Notes under the pieces: model-generated
What the model saw: the letters and a program-made list of their open reading frames with translations, nothing else
Told to the model about the DNA's origin: nothing
The model's database searches: none
Translations under genes and position numbers: made by a program
In this document: positions 9,055 to 18,795 of the stretch, in pieces
How the letters are laid out: the number at the start of each line of letters is the position of its first letter
Numbering within the stretch: position 1 is the first letter of the stretch
From: Eubacteriales bacterium
GTDB taxonomy: Bacteria; Bacillota; Clostridia; Oscillospirales; CAG-272
Length of the DNA stretch: 64,000 bases
Assembly (NCBI GenBank): GCA_034178705.1
Contig: JAXFQY010000076.1
Coordinates: 65 to 64,064 of the forward strand
Reading direction: 5' to 3'

Positions 9055-11094
9055 TTAAGGTTTCAGCTTGGTAAAATCGATCAGCTCTGTGCCGGGAAGA
9101 TACGTGCTGAGAATCAGTTCCGCGGGAACGCCGGCATTCGCAAGATCAAGGGTACCGTACTGAGAAATTCCGACGCCATGACCAAAGCCTTTTCCGGCAA
9201 AAACAAAATTGTCTCCCGAGGAAGCAGTATAGGTTTTTGTAACTGTTACCGTATCCGCGGATACCTTGAGATCGGTGGGATTCAGTTCGCCGGGATTTGT
9301 GATGTTGATGCTGCTTGTATAACTGGGGGGCGGAAGCTGACCGGAGGCAATCTTGGCCACAAGTGTCTCATAGCCGTTAGCTGTCAAAACACTTACCGTT
9401 TCTCCCGTTAAAGCTCGTCTACCGTAGCTTGTAACCGCCACAAGAGTTTCATTCGTTCCGGAAAGAATACCGTCTCCGGTTTGCGCTGTAATGGGAGCTG
9501 AGAGAGAAATCTCCTCAAAAAGGCCGGGGTAAGCAGGACCTGTCGGTGCGGAAATCTGCCCGGCAACGGATATCTCCAGGTTTGTTACCACTTCATAGCT
9601 GTATTCCACGCTTCCCTTTCCGATCACAAAATTGGCAGAATAAACATATCGTGCAAGGGCGCTGCGAATCATGTCACTGGCATTGACGGTGGCACTGTGC
9701 CCTCCGGAATCGGTAAAGGTTATGGAATCAATATAGCCTGTATCTCCGTAACGGGAATTCACCGTAATTGAGGAAATATAGCCGCTGGAAAGCTCGTAGT
9801 AACCCTTACTATACAAATACTCGCAGAGTGTATACGGAGAAACCTCATCAACCCAAACGCCGTTCTCATAGTCCGCATACTGCTCCCACGGGGTTTTAAT
9901 CGAGGTCAGATAGGGGTAACGTGCATTGCTTCCGCCCCATGCGGTTCCGGCAGGGATGGACTCCCCGCCGAAAGAAGAAGCATAGGCAATTGTAGCCGGC
10001 TTGCCTTCATAGGAAACAACCATTCCTTTGGTTGTCGTAACAGCGGCAAGGACATTTTCGTTGGTTCTGCTGCAGCCGCGGTATGCCTGACAGTGCTGAT
10101 TCGGGCAGATATCAAAGCCGTCGGCTGAAAAATGTCTTCCTTTTTGCGTGACTGCAAAGGTTCTCGCCGCAATGGCAAAAACACGCTGTGCTTCAAAAGT
10201 CCACGAGTTGGAGATCTCCCAAGGAAGAACACCAGTAATATAGGTTTCCAGAGGAAGAAGATTGATTGCCTCTACGCCGTCGGTTGTCGCATCGGCATAA
10301 CGGCGAAAAACCATAGCCCCGGGATAGAGATAATTGGCATCCGATTTGATGTAGACCGTTTCGCCATTCTGCGCAATCGGCTCAACACCGACATAAGAGG
10401 CACTTCCGCAGTCATACTCCAACAATACGGTATTCGTTGTATGATCAATAAGCGAAACTGTTGTTGCCGCTGTACCGATGATACGGGTCGACATCGCAGA
10501 GGAAAGCCCCGTAAGAAGCGAAAGCGCGTTTTCTGCACGCTCACGTGTTGAAAAATCGCCCACATAAACGCGGTAGGTTCCGTTGATATATCCGGGAAAA
10601 ACGGAATAGGCATTTCCGATCAAGGAACGTACCCGTTCGATCTGCTGCTCGCAGGCAGAGCGCGTGGCAATCACCCCGCCGGCTTCGATATGATACATTC
10701 CGATTACGTAACCGGAGGAATACTCCTTGCGGTAAGCGCCGCCGTAACGGGACAGGTTGTAATCAATAGCCGCAGTGACATTCTGATTGGAAAGACGCCA
10801 GATCTCAGTAAAGCTCCGATCGTCCTCAGTAATCACGGCAGAACCGACGATATAGCCGTGCGTCGTTGTCATTTCGAAGCCGGCTTCACTGTCTTCACCA
10901 TATCGGATTCCGACAGTCATAAGCGGATTCTGCGCACTGTCCGGTTCAAGGGAAAAAATTTCATAAAACAGAAAAGCGATCGCGTAATAAAGAACGCCCC
11001 CAACCATCAGCACGGCAAGAAAGAGACACATCAGACGAACGAAAAGCTTTTTTCGTTCCTCCGACGTCTTTTTATTTCTGCGTTTAGTCAACAA
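9055..11094 (-). CDS. SpoIID/LytB-domain protein with N-terminal membrane anchor
   Basis: 679 aa. Contains ETYITGVLPWEISNSWTFEAQRVFAIAARTFA ... CPNQHCQAYRG (SpoIID-type) and a SPOR-like segment YRVYVGDFSTRERAENA. Confidence 0.8.
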   Translation of the reverse strand: MLTKRRNKKTSEERKKLFVRLMCLFLAVLMVGGVLYYAIAFLFYEIFSLEPDSAQNPLMTVGIRYGEDSEAGFEMTTTHGYIVGSAVITEDDRSFTEIWRLSNQNVTAAIDYNLSRYGGAYRKEYSSGYVIGMYHIEAGGVIATRSACEQQIERVRSLIGNAYSVFPGYINGTYRVYVGDFSTRERAENALSLLTGLSSAMSTRIIGTAATTVSLIDHTTNTVLLEYDCGSASYVGVEPIAQNGETVYIKSDANYLYPGAMVFRRYADATTDGVEAINLLPLETYITGVLPWEISNSWTFEAQRVFAIAARTFAVTQKGRHFSADGFDICPNQHCQAYRGCSRTNENVLAAVTTTKGMVVSYEGKPATIAYASSFGGESIPAGTAWGGSNARYPYLTSIKTPWEQYADYENGVWVDEVSPYTLCEYLYSKGYYELSSGYISSITVNSRYGDTGYIDSITFTDSGGHSATVNASDMIRSALARYVYSANFVIGKGSVEYSYEVVTNLEISVAGQISAPTGPAYPGLFEEISLSAPITAQTGDGILSGTNETLVAVTSYGRRALTGETVSVLTANGYETLVAKIASGQLPPPSYTSSINITNPGELNPTDLKVSADTVTVTKTYTASSGDNFVFAGKGFGHGVGISQYGTLDLANAGVPAELILSTYLPGTELIDFTKLKP

Positions 11095-11674
11095 GCTTGT
11101 ATTCTCCTCTCACCATGACATATGCCCCCTCACCGGAGGTGATGCGGATTCCTCTGCCGTCCCCGCCGCGCGGGATAATCAGAAGATGGTTCATCGTTAC
11201 TTCGATTCCGTTCAAAAGGTCTGTTCCGCCCGTAATATCGGACAGTCCCTGATCACCGAAGGGAGAAACGACAACTGCGGTTCCGGCACGGAGAATCAGT
11301 TCAAAAGCGGAAGTCGGGGCAAGGACGGTTTTCCCGTAAGGCACGAAAATCGCCGTATAATCTGCCGCATAAACGGCACCTTCCGCCGGCGTTCTGCCGC
11401 CGAGAGAAGCAACCTTCTCTTCCAGTGTTGTAACACGTCCGGCAAGTGTATCCAAATTAACAGACGATGTTCCGGATCCCGCTCCGCCGCTCTCAATCAG
11501 CTTCTGAAGCTCGTTGATCCGGGAATCGATCTGCGGAAGCAGATTATTATTGACATAGCTCAGCGTAATCACAGGGTCCGTCGTGCTGTCATATCCTCCT
11601 GCGGCGCTTACGGCGAAATAGCAACCGGCCGTAAGTGCGAGACAGAAGAGGAAAAGAAGAAGCGCTTTTTTCAT
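11084..11674 (-). CDS. putative lipoprotein/secreted protein, unknown function
   Basis: 196 aa. Signal peptide with the lipobox-like sequence LALTAGC. Overlaps the downstream gene by 11 nt. Confidence 0.5.
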   Translation of the reverse strand: MKKALLLFLFCLALTAGCYFAVSAAGGYDSTTDPVITLSYVNNNLLPQIDSRINELQKLIESGGAGSGTSSVNLDTLAGRVTTLEEKVASLGGRTPAEGAVYAADYTAIFVPYGKTVLAPTSAFELILRAGTAVVVSPFGDQGLSDITGGTDLLNGIEVTMNHLLIIPRGGDGRGIRITSGEGAYVMVRGEYKLVD

Positions 11675-11687
11675 GATTTTTCCTTTC

Positions 11688-13925
11688 TTATTCGGAGAAA
11701 AGCTTATTTCGGTCGGCGGCGGACAGAAGGATGCCCGACGCCGGAATTTTCATTTTTCTGAGCCCTGCGATCCCCACAGAACCTCCTCCCTTCAAGGAAG
11801 ACACAGAGACAAGCGTCTGTCCCTTCTTCAAGGTGATAACCTGAACACCGGAAGCAGTTCGTGTTGTTTTTTCCGGAATCAATTTGGACGAAAGAAGAAT
11901 GGCCCTGCCGTCTCCGGATTCCAGAAGCAACTCCAAGGGCTTGTCCTCATAAAACGCGGCAACAATTGAACTGGCCGCGCTATATGCGCCGGTAAGTCGG
12001 CGACGGGTCGCCTTGGTCTCATAGGCAGAAAGAGGCACACGGACTCCCTTCCCGTTCTCAAAAAGAAAAACAAGATTCTGTGTTGGCTTGACGGAGGAAG
12101 AAAGCATCGCGCAAATCGGCTTTTCCCCCTGATCCATTCTCAGTTTGGCGTTGACAAATTCACCGATGGAGGATGCCTTAACCTGTGAAAAGTCGGATAC
12201 AGAAGCAAAATACATCTGACGCATATTGGTAAGGAAAATAATTTTTGAGATATTCTCACAGTCCGCAGAGAAAATGATTTCATCCCCCTCCTTGAAGTAA
12301 TGAATATCATTCCCCTGAAGGGACTTCATCGTGATTTTCTTGAAATATCCCTCCCGGGTAAGAACAACCCGAACAGGATAATTCTCCTCCGGCACGACCT
12401 CCGGCTCTGTCTCAACAGTTTCCGCCCCGACAAGGCGAGTCACTCGGGGTTTTCCGTACTTTTTCTTGATCGCCGACAACTGCTCCGCAATGGCGCTGCG
12501 CTGTTTCAGTTCATCGGAGAGCAGCTCATTCAGCCGGGCAATCTCCTTCTGAAGGTCTTCAATCTCGCGGACGCGGTCCAGGATATATTCCCGGTTGAGG
12601 TGACGAAGCTTGATTTCAGCGATGTATTCCGCCTGTATTTCATCAATTGCAAATTCACGGCAGAGATTCGGAACCACATCCGCTTCTTTTTCCGTCCCGC
12701 GCACAATGGCAATGGCACGATCAATATCAAGCAGGATCTTTCCGAGCCCGACAAGAAGATGGAGTTTTGCCTCCTTTTTTTCAAGATCGAAGCGACACTC
12801 CCGAACAAAGCAGCCGATCCGGAAACGGATCCATTCCCTGAGAATATCTCCGACCCCCATCGTTCGTGGTGCGCCGTCAATGAGAATATTGAAATTACAG
12901 TCGAAAGCGGAGGCAAGCGGGGTCGAGCGGAACAAGCGCTGCATTAAGCGATCGGGGTCAGTCCCCCGCTTCAGATCGAGTGTCAGCTTGAAACCGTTCA
13001 GATCAATCTCATCGCGGAAATCGGAAACCTCCTTGAGCTTTCCGGCTTTATATAGCTCGGTCAGCTTCTTCATAATGGCTTCAATTGTCGTTGAATACGG
13101 AATTTCAAGAATTTCGATGCAGTTGTCCTTTTTGTTGTATTGCCAGACCGAGCGCATCCGAACAGAACCCCGTCCGGTTTCAAAAACGGCTTTCATCTCA
13201 TTTTTATCATAGATGATCTCCGCTCCGCCGGAAAAATCCGGCGCCGGCATCAGCTCCAGGAGTTTATCGGTCGTTGTGTTCGGCTTTTTCAAAAGCGCGA
13301 TGGTCGCGTCGCAAACCTCTGCAAGATTGAAGGAGCAGACATTGGACGCCATTCCGACGGCAATTCCGGAATTCGGACTGACAAGAACATTCGGGAAGGT
13401 TGTCGGAAGGAGCACCGGCTCCAACATGGTGTTATCATAGTTTGGAACAAGATCAACAGCATTGCGGTCGATTCCGGAAAACAATTCATTGCAGAAGGGA
13501 TCCAGTTTAGCTTCGGTATAGCGCGCGGCGGCAAACGCCATATCGCGGCTGTACTGCTTTCCGAAGCATCCCTTGGAATCGATAAAAGGATGAAGCAGCG
13601 CACCGTTGCCGCGTGTCAGGCGGACCATGGTCTCATAAATTGAGGCGTCGCCGTGCGGATTGAGCTTCATCGTCTGACCGACAATATTTGTACTCTTTGT
13701 CCGCGGTCCGGTAAGCAAGCCCATCTTATACATGGTATATAAAAGCTTCCGCTGGGACGGCTTGAAACCGTCAATTTCCGGGATAGCGCGGCTGACGATA
13801 ACCGTCATGACATAGGGCATATAATTATCCCGGATGGTATCCGTAATAATCTGCGGAACAGCAGGAAGCGGCGGCGCAGTCGTATCGGTCAGTTTCTTTT
13901 TCGGTGCGGTCGGCTTCTTCGGCAT
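11688..13925 (-). CDS. type IIA DNA topoisomerase subunit A (GyrA/ParC family)
   Basis: 745 aa. Contains DGFKPSQRKLLYTM and the catalytic-Tyr context AAARYTEAKL, plus a C-terminal beta-pinwheel-like region. Confidence 0.85.
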   Translation of the reverse strand: MPKKPTAPKKKLTDTTAPPLPAVPQIITDTIRDNYMPYVMTVIVSRAIPEIDGFKPSQRKLLYTMYKMGLLTGPRTKSTNIVGQTMKLNPHGDASIYETMVRLTRGNGALLHPFIDSKGCFGKQYSRDMAFAAARYTEAKLDPFCNELFSGIDRNAVDLVPNYDNTMLEPVLLPTTFPNVLVSPNSGIAVGMASNVCSFNLAEVCDATIALLKKPNTTTDKLLELMPAPDFSGGAEIIYDKNEMKAVFETGRGSVRMRSVWQYNKKDNCIEILEIPYSTTIEAIMKKLTELYKAGKLKEVSDFRDEIDLNGFKLTLDLKRGTDPDRLMQRLFRSTPLASAFDCNFNILIDGAPRTMGVGDILREWIRFRIGCFVRECRFDLEKKEAKLHLLVGLGKILLDIDRAIAIVRGTEKEADVVPNLCREFAIDEIQAEYIAEIKLRHLNREYILDRVREIEDLQKEIARLNELLSDELKQRSAIAEQLSAIKKKYGKPRVTRLVGAETVETEPEVVPEENYPVRVVLTREGYFKKITMKSLQGNDIHYFKEGDEIIFSADCENISKIIFLTNMRQMYFASVSDFSQVKASSIGEFVNAKLRMDQGEKPICAMLSSSVKPTQNLVFLFENGKGVRVPLSAYETKATRRRLTGAYSAASSIVAAFYEDKPLELLLESGDGRAILLSSKLIPEKTTRTASGVQVITLKKGQTLVSVSSLKGGGSVGIAGLRKMKIPASGILLSAADRNKLFSE

Positions 13926-13940
13926 GGTTACCTCACTTGA

Positions 13941-14972
13941 TCAGAGATCCTTGATTCGGAACGCGGCGGCACGGAGCATGCGGTTCTGAAGTGCAAGTCC
14001 GATTCCGGCACGGTCCGGCATGGGGGCATAAATACGTTCCGCCTCAGGGCGGTCGGCAGCACGAAGCAGGTCAAAAAGACGATGGGCAAGTTCCCCTTCG
14101 TCCCCTCTTGCTCCGAGAAAATAGACGTTTTCGGCGGGGATATGTTCCCCGTCGTATAGAAGAACGGAGTTTTTCGGATCCTCTGCCTTTTCGCATAAAA
14201 AATCGGTTACACGGCGTGAATCGGAGGAACGGACAAGATAAAGGGGGGCATCCGGAGCATAATGCTTCAGCAGCATCCCGGGAGACTCCGGAACAGCACC
14301 GGGCGCCGGAGGAGAGAGAACAGCATCCGCAACACGGACATCGCCGAGAACGGAACGAAGCATTTCAAGGGTTACGCCGCCCGGACGCAGAAGTACCGCG
14401 CCGTCATCACCAAGCTTTACAATCGTAGATTCCAGCCCCACAGAACACGGTCCGCCGTCAATAACCAGCGGAATCCGACCGTCCATATCCTTACGGACAT
14501 GCTCTGCCGTGGTCGGCGAGGGCTTACCGGAAAGATTGGCAGAAGGGGCAGCAACCGGAACGCCGCAGGCACGCAGAAATGCACGAGCAACCGGATGAAC
14601 GGGGACGCGGACAGCAACCGTCGGAAGACCGGCGGTAACCTCCGGCGCACAGATACCGCGGGACGGCAGAACAACGGTGAGCGGTCCCGGCAGAAAGGCC
14701 TCAGCCAGCAGCTGAAAGCGTCGGTCGGTAACAGCAAAGCCATCAATCTGCTCAATATCCGGAAAATGAAGAATCAGAGGATTGTTCGACGGCCTCCCCT
14801 TTGCCGCATAAATCTTCTTTACAGCGGCTCCGTTGCAGCCGGATGCGCCAAGACCGTAAACGGTTTCTGTCGGGAAGGCAACCAGCTCACCCGCGCGAAT
14901 CCGTTCGGCTGCGTCGGTAAAAACCGAAAGGGAAAATTTCTCCGGGTCGACAGTCAGATATTCGGTTTTCAC
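13941..14972 (-). CDS. tsaC: L-threonylcarbamoyladenylate synthase (Sua5/YwlC long form)
   Basis: 343 aa. YrdC motif FPTETVYGLGA followed by a C-terminal Sua5 domain. ATGA-type overlap with prfA. Confidence 0.9.
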   Translation of the reverse strand: MKTEYLTVDPEKFSLSVFTDAAERIRAGELVAFPTETVYGLGASGCNGAAVKKIYAAKGRPSNNPLILHFPDIEQIDGFAVTDRRFQLLAEAFLPGPLTVVLPSRGICAPEVTAGLPTVAVRVPVHPVARAFLRACGVPVAAPSANLSGKPSPTTAEHVRKDMDGRIPLVIDGGPCSVGLESTIVKLGDDGAVLLRPGGVTLEMLRSVLGDVRVADAVLSPPAPGAVPESPGMLLKHYAPDAPLYLVRSSDSRRVTDFLCEKAEDPKNSVLLYDGEHIPAENVYFLGARGDEGELAHRLFDLLRAADRPEAERIYAPMPDRAGIGLALQNRMLRAAAFRIKDL

Positions 14973-16042
14973 AGATTCCCCTCCCCGCGCAGACGTTTAG
15001 CGGCATCCGCGGTAATCAGCGCATCAATCATTGTCCCGATCTCTCCGTTCAGAAAAGCGTCAAGAGAATATACGGTAAAGCCAATCCGGTGATCGGTGAT
15101 GCGCCCCTGCGGATAGTTGTAGGTGCGGATCCGCTCGCTGCGGTCTCCGGTTCCGACCTGACTGCGCCGCTCAGAGGCAATGCGGTCGTTCTGCTCCCTC
15201 ACTTTTCGGTCGTAGAGCTTGGCGCGGAGCAGCTTCATGGCCTTATCCCGATTTTTGAACTGACTCCGCTCATCCTGACAGTCAATAACAATTCCAGTTG
15301 GCTTATGCAGCAATCGGATTGCGCTCTCTGTCTTATTGACATGCTGTCCGCCTGCGCCGCTTGATTTGATTGTCTCGATCTTCAGATCGGATTCCTTGAT
15401 CTCAACCTCGACGTCCTCAGCTTCCGGCAGAACGGCAACCGTAACGGTGCTCGTCTGTATCCTGCCCTGTGCCTCCGTTACCGGAACGCGCTGTACACGG
15501 TGGACGCCGCTTTCGAATTTCAGCCTGGAGTACGCGCCCTCTCCGTTCACGGAGAAAGTAACCTCGCGAAATCCACCAAGCTCAGTCTCGTTTGCCGAAA
15601 CAAGCTCGGTTCTCCAGTGCATCTTATCCGCGTACATGTTGTACATTCGATAGAGTACCGCTGCAAAAAGCGCCGCTTCTTCTCCGCCGGCCCCGGCGCG
15701 GATCTCAATGATCACATTCTTATCGTCATTCGGGTCACGCGGAAGAAGAAGCACACGCAGCCTTTCCTCTGAGGCGGAAACAGCGGCAGTCAGCTCCGCC
15801 GCTTCGGCTCGTGCCAGCTCCCGCAGATCCGGATCATTTTCGGACGCAAATAACTCTTTTGCGTCAGACAACTCACCGGAAAGACGCCGATAGCGGGCAT
15901 ACTCCTCGGTTATCGGCGAAAGCCGCTTTGCTTCGCGCGTAAGCGCGAGATAGCGCGTACGATCCCGCATCACATCCGGATCAGCAAGCGCTGCCCGGAT
16001 TTCCTCATGACGCTGTTCAACCTGCTTCAGTTTATCCAGCAT
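14969..16042 (-). CDS. prfA: peptide chain release factor 1
   Basis: 357 aa. GGQ motif (SGAGGQHVNKTESAIR) and RF1-type tripeptide context RVPVTEAQGRIQTS. Confidence 0.95.
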   Translation of the reverse strand: MLDKLKQVEQRHEEIRAALADPDVMRDRTRYLALTREAKRLSPITEEYARYRRLSGELSDAKELFASENDPDLRELARAEAAELTAAVSASEERLRVLLLPRDPNDDKNVIIEIRAGAGGEEAALFAAVLYRMYNMYADKMHWRTELVSANETELGGFREVTFSVNGEGAYSRLKFESGVHRVQRVPVTEAQGRIQTSTVTVAVLPEAEDVEVEIKESDLKIETIKSSGAGGQHVNKTESAIRLLHKPTGIVIDCQDERSQFKNRDKAMKLLRAKLYDRKVREQNDRIASERRSQVGTGDRSERIRTYNYPQGRITDHRIGFTVYSLDAFLNGEIGTMIDALITADAAKRLRGEGNL

Positions 16043-16045
16043 GAA

Positions 16046-17449
16046 TTATCGGATAAATGCTGCAAACGCCTGATAGGCGGAATAGAGATCCGCTTTGGAG
16101 ATGATCTCATAAGGAGCGTGCATGGAGATAACCGGAACTCCGATATCAACCGTGTCAATATTGTGAACAGAAATGTATTTTGCCACAGTTCCGCCGCCGC
16201 CGAGATCGACCTTGCCAAGCTCCGCCATCTGCCAATTGACTTTCGCCGCGTCCATGATCGCACGGATACGGGCAACATATTCGGAAGATGCGTCGTTCGT
16301 GGAAGACTTCCCGCGAGCCCCGGTGTATTTGCAGAAGGAAACGCCGCAGGAGAGCAGTGCAGCGTTTCTCTTCTCATAAACCTCTGCATAATTCGGATCG
16401 AAAGCAGCAGTCACATCCGCGGAAAGGCAGGAGGATGCTGCGCGCACGCGGTTGACATTGGCACCGTATGCTGCAGAGATCTCGTTGATCAGATCACAAA
16501 GAATGCTCGACTGCATGCCGGTGTTTCCGTCGCTTCCCGTCTCTTCCTTATCGGCAAGAACGACCATCAGCGTGTCTTTTTCGTTCTTCGTATCAAGCAT
16601 AGCGGTAAGCGCAGGATAAGCGCAAACACGGTCGTCATGTCCGTAAGAAGCGATCAACCAGCGGTCAAGACCGACATCTCTTGCTTTGAAAGCAGGAACA
16701 GCACAAAGCTCTGCACTGATAAAATCCGCCTCGGTAATACCGTACCGTTCATTCAGGATCTTCAGAACATTCAGTTTGATTTCATCCTTTTCGCTGCCGT
16801 CAAAAGCAGGAGCGCTTCCGGAAAGCAGATTCAGTGCTTCTCCCGAGATGGCAGAACCGATCGGTTTTACATTCTGCTCCTGTGCAAGATGAGGAAGAAG
16901 ATCATTGATATAGAAAACGGGATCTCCCTCTTCCTCGCCGATTCGGATCTCCTGAACCGTTCCGTCCGTCAATGTAATGACACCGTGAAGGGCAAGTGGG
17001 ATCGCAGTCCATTGGTACTTCCGGATACCGCCGTAATAGTGTGTTTTCAGGAACGCCATTCCGCTGTCCTCATAAAGCGGAACAGGCTTCAGATCAAGAC
17101 GCGGGGAATCGATATGGGCGGCCATGATCTTGATTCCGTTTTCTGCCGACTCGGTTCCAAGCTTGAAAAGATAAAGACTCTTTCCGCGGTTGTTGAGATA
17201 ATATTTTCCTCCGGGAACCAGTTTGTCACCGAAGCGGAAAGGCATATACCCCTTTTTCTCGGCAAGAGAGACAGAGGATTTCACCGCTTCCCGCTCGGTT
17301 TTGGAAGCATCCAGAAACTTGATGTAGCCCTTTGCATAGTCCATTGCTTTCTTTTTGGTTTTCTCGTCACTCACCTTGAAGAAGCTTTTTTTGGTATAAA
17401 CAAGTTTCTCCTGAAGGAGCTCCGCTTCGGATTTGTTTTCTTTTTTCAT
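16046..17449 (-). CDS. M18-family aminopeptidase (aminopeptidase 1 type)
   Basis: 467 aa. Contains HIDSPRLDLKP and YYGGIRKYQW, with a C-terminal region typical of M18 enzymes. Confidence 0.8.
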   Translation of the reverse strand: MKKENKSEAELLQEKLVYTKKSFFKVSDEKTKKKAMDYAKGYIKFLDASKTEREAVKSSVSLAEKKGYMPFRFGDKLVPGGKYYLNNRGKSLYLFKLGTESAENGIKIMAAHIDSPRLDLKPVPLYEDSGMAFLKTHYYGGIRKYQWTAIPLALHGVITLTDGTVQEIRIGEEEGDPVFYINDLLPHLAQEQNVKPIGSAISGEALNLLSGSAPAFDGSEKDEIKLNVLKILNERYGITEADFISAELCAVPAFKARDVGLDRWLIASYGHDDRVCAYPALTAMLDTKNEKDTLMVVLADKEETGSDGNTGMQSSILCDLINEISAAYGANVNRVRAASSCLSADVTAAFDPNYAEVYEKRNAALLSCGVSFCKYTGARGKSSTNDASSEYVARIRAIMDAAKVNWQMAELGKVDLGGGGTVAKYISVHNIDTVDIGVPVISMHAPYEIISKADLYSAYQAFAAFIR

Positions 17450-17480
17450 CGTTCATTCCCTTTCTGTAAAAAGAATATAA

Positions 17481-18059
17481 TCATATTTCTTCCTTGCGGA
17501 AATAAAGGCGTTCGTACACCGAACGGTTTTTGTTGACGCGATCAATATAGGCAGCGGTCTCCGGAAACGGAATCTTTTTCAGAACACCGTTTCCGTCAGA
17601 GCAGGAAGGGTCGGCAAGCCACTTGTCAACATTGCCGTGTCCGGCATTGTAAGCGGCAAAAACGGTATCCCAGTTTTCATATCGGAGTTTGAGATAAGAA
17701 AGAAGATAGGCACCGTATCGCACATTGGTATCGGGGTCATACAGAAGTGCCGGTTCACTTGTCTCTCCGAGGCGCATGGCAATCCAGTCACAGGTCGCAG
17801 GAGTGATCTGCATTAAGCCGACCGCACCGGCATGGCTGACTGCGTTGCTCTGAAAATTGCTTTCCGCCTTGATCACAGAATACAGAATCACCTCGGGAAC
17901 GCCGTATTCGGAAGAATACTTTCCGACAAGCTCGCTGTATTCTATCGGATAGAGAGTACGCTCATAGCGTTCGTAAATCCGGCAGTAAAGGAAACCGATC
18001 CCGACAGAGAGGGAAAGAATCAGCAGAACAACAAAGCTGCGCCAGAATGCTTTTTTCAT
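17481..18059 (-). CDS. lytic transglycosylase (SLT domain), membrane anchored
   Basis: 192 aa. Contains AESNFQSNAVSHAGAVGLMQITPAT and AYNAG, with an N-terminal TM segment. Confidence 0.85.
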   Translation of the reverse strand: MKKAFWRSFVVLLILSLSVGIGFLYCRIYERYERTLYPIEYSELVGKYSSEYGVPEVILYSVIKAESNFQSNAVSHAGAVGLMQITPATCDWIAMRLGETSEPALLYDPDTNVRYGAYLLSYLKLRYENWDTVFAAYNAGHGNVDKWLADPSCSDGNGVLKKIPFPETAAYIDRVNKNRSVYERLYFRKEEI

Positions 18060-18670
18060 ACAGTACCCCTCTCTCGCAGAAATCCGAAGCGAAGCATCAG
18101 AGTGTCACATGCAGCCCGGAGGGAAGCGGCATCGCCGTTGTTCTCCAGAACAAAATCACACCGTTCCCGGAAAAAATCATCCGGAAGCTGAGCATTCATC
18201 CGCCGCTCCGCAGCTTCCGTGGAAATTCCGTCCCGGGCGGTAATTCTCGCCGTTCTGATCCCCCTCGGAGCGAGAACGGCAACCGTCAGGCTGCACATCC
18301 GATCTGCGCCGGACTCAAAAAGCTGCGGCGCGTCCAGAACAAGATAGGGTTTTCCCGCTTTCTGACTCTCTTTCATGCGTTCTTCCATTTCAGCAAGAAC
18401 AAAAGGATGGACAGTCTGATTGAGGAGTCTGAGCTGATCCGGGTCGGGAAAAACAATAGCGGCAAGCGCAGCGCGGTTCAGCGCCCCATCCGGCGCGAGA
18501 ACCGAAGGGCCGAAAGTGTCGGCGAGGGCTTTTGTTACGGCAGAGGAGACACAGGTCATGGCGGCATAAAGCGCGTCAGCATCACAGACAGTACCGCCGT
18601 AATCGGCAAGCATGCGGGCAACGGTACTCTTTCCCGCTCCGCTGCCTCCGGTCAACCCGATAACAAGCAT
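18056..18670 (-). CDS. coaE: dephospho-CoA kinase
   Basis: 204 aa with the N-terminal Walker A sequence GLTGGSGAGKST. Confidence 0.9.
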   Translation of the reverse strand: MLVIGLTGGSGAGKSTVARMLADYGGTVCDADALYAAMTCVSSAVTKALADTFGPSVLAPDGALNRAALAAIVFPDPDQLRLLNQTVHPFVLAEMEERMKESQKAGKPYLVLDAPQLFESGADRMCSLTVAVLAPRGIRTARITARDGISTEAAERRMNAQLPDDFFRERCDFVLENNGDAASLRAACDTLMLRFGFLRERGTV

Positions 18671-18795
18671 ATTCCTCCATCCCCCTTATAACGAAAGTAT
18701 TATATCAAAAATCTTCCCGTATTTCAAGTGTTTTGCGTCTTTTTCAAAAAACACACAAATATAATAGATTAACAACAATAAGGAGCAGAAAGAAA

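Noticed and set aside
16007-17536. 509-aa plus-strand ORF
   Set aside because: It is antisense to the M18 aminopeptidase and to the prfA start, and its composition is not protein-like.
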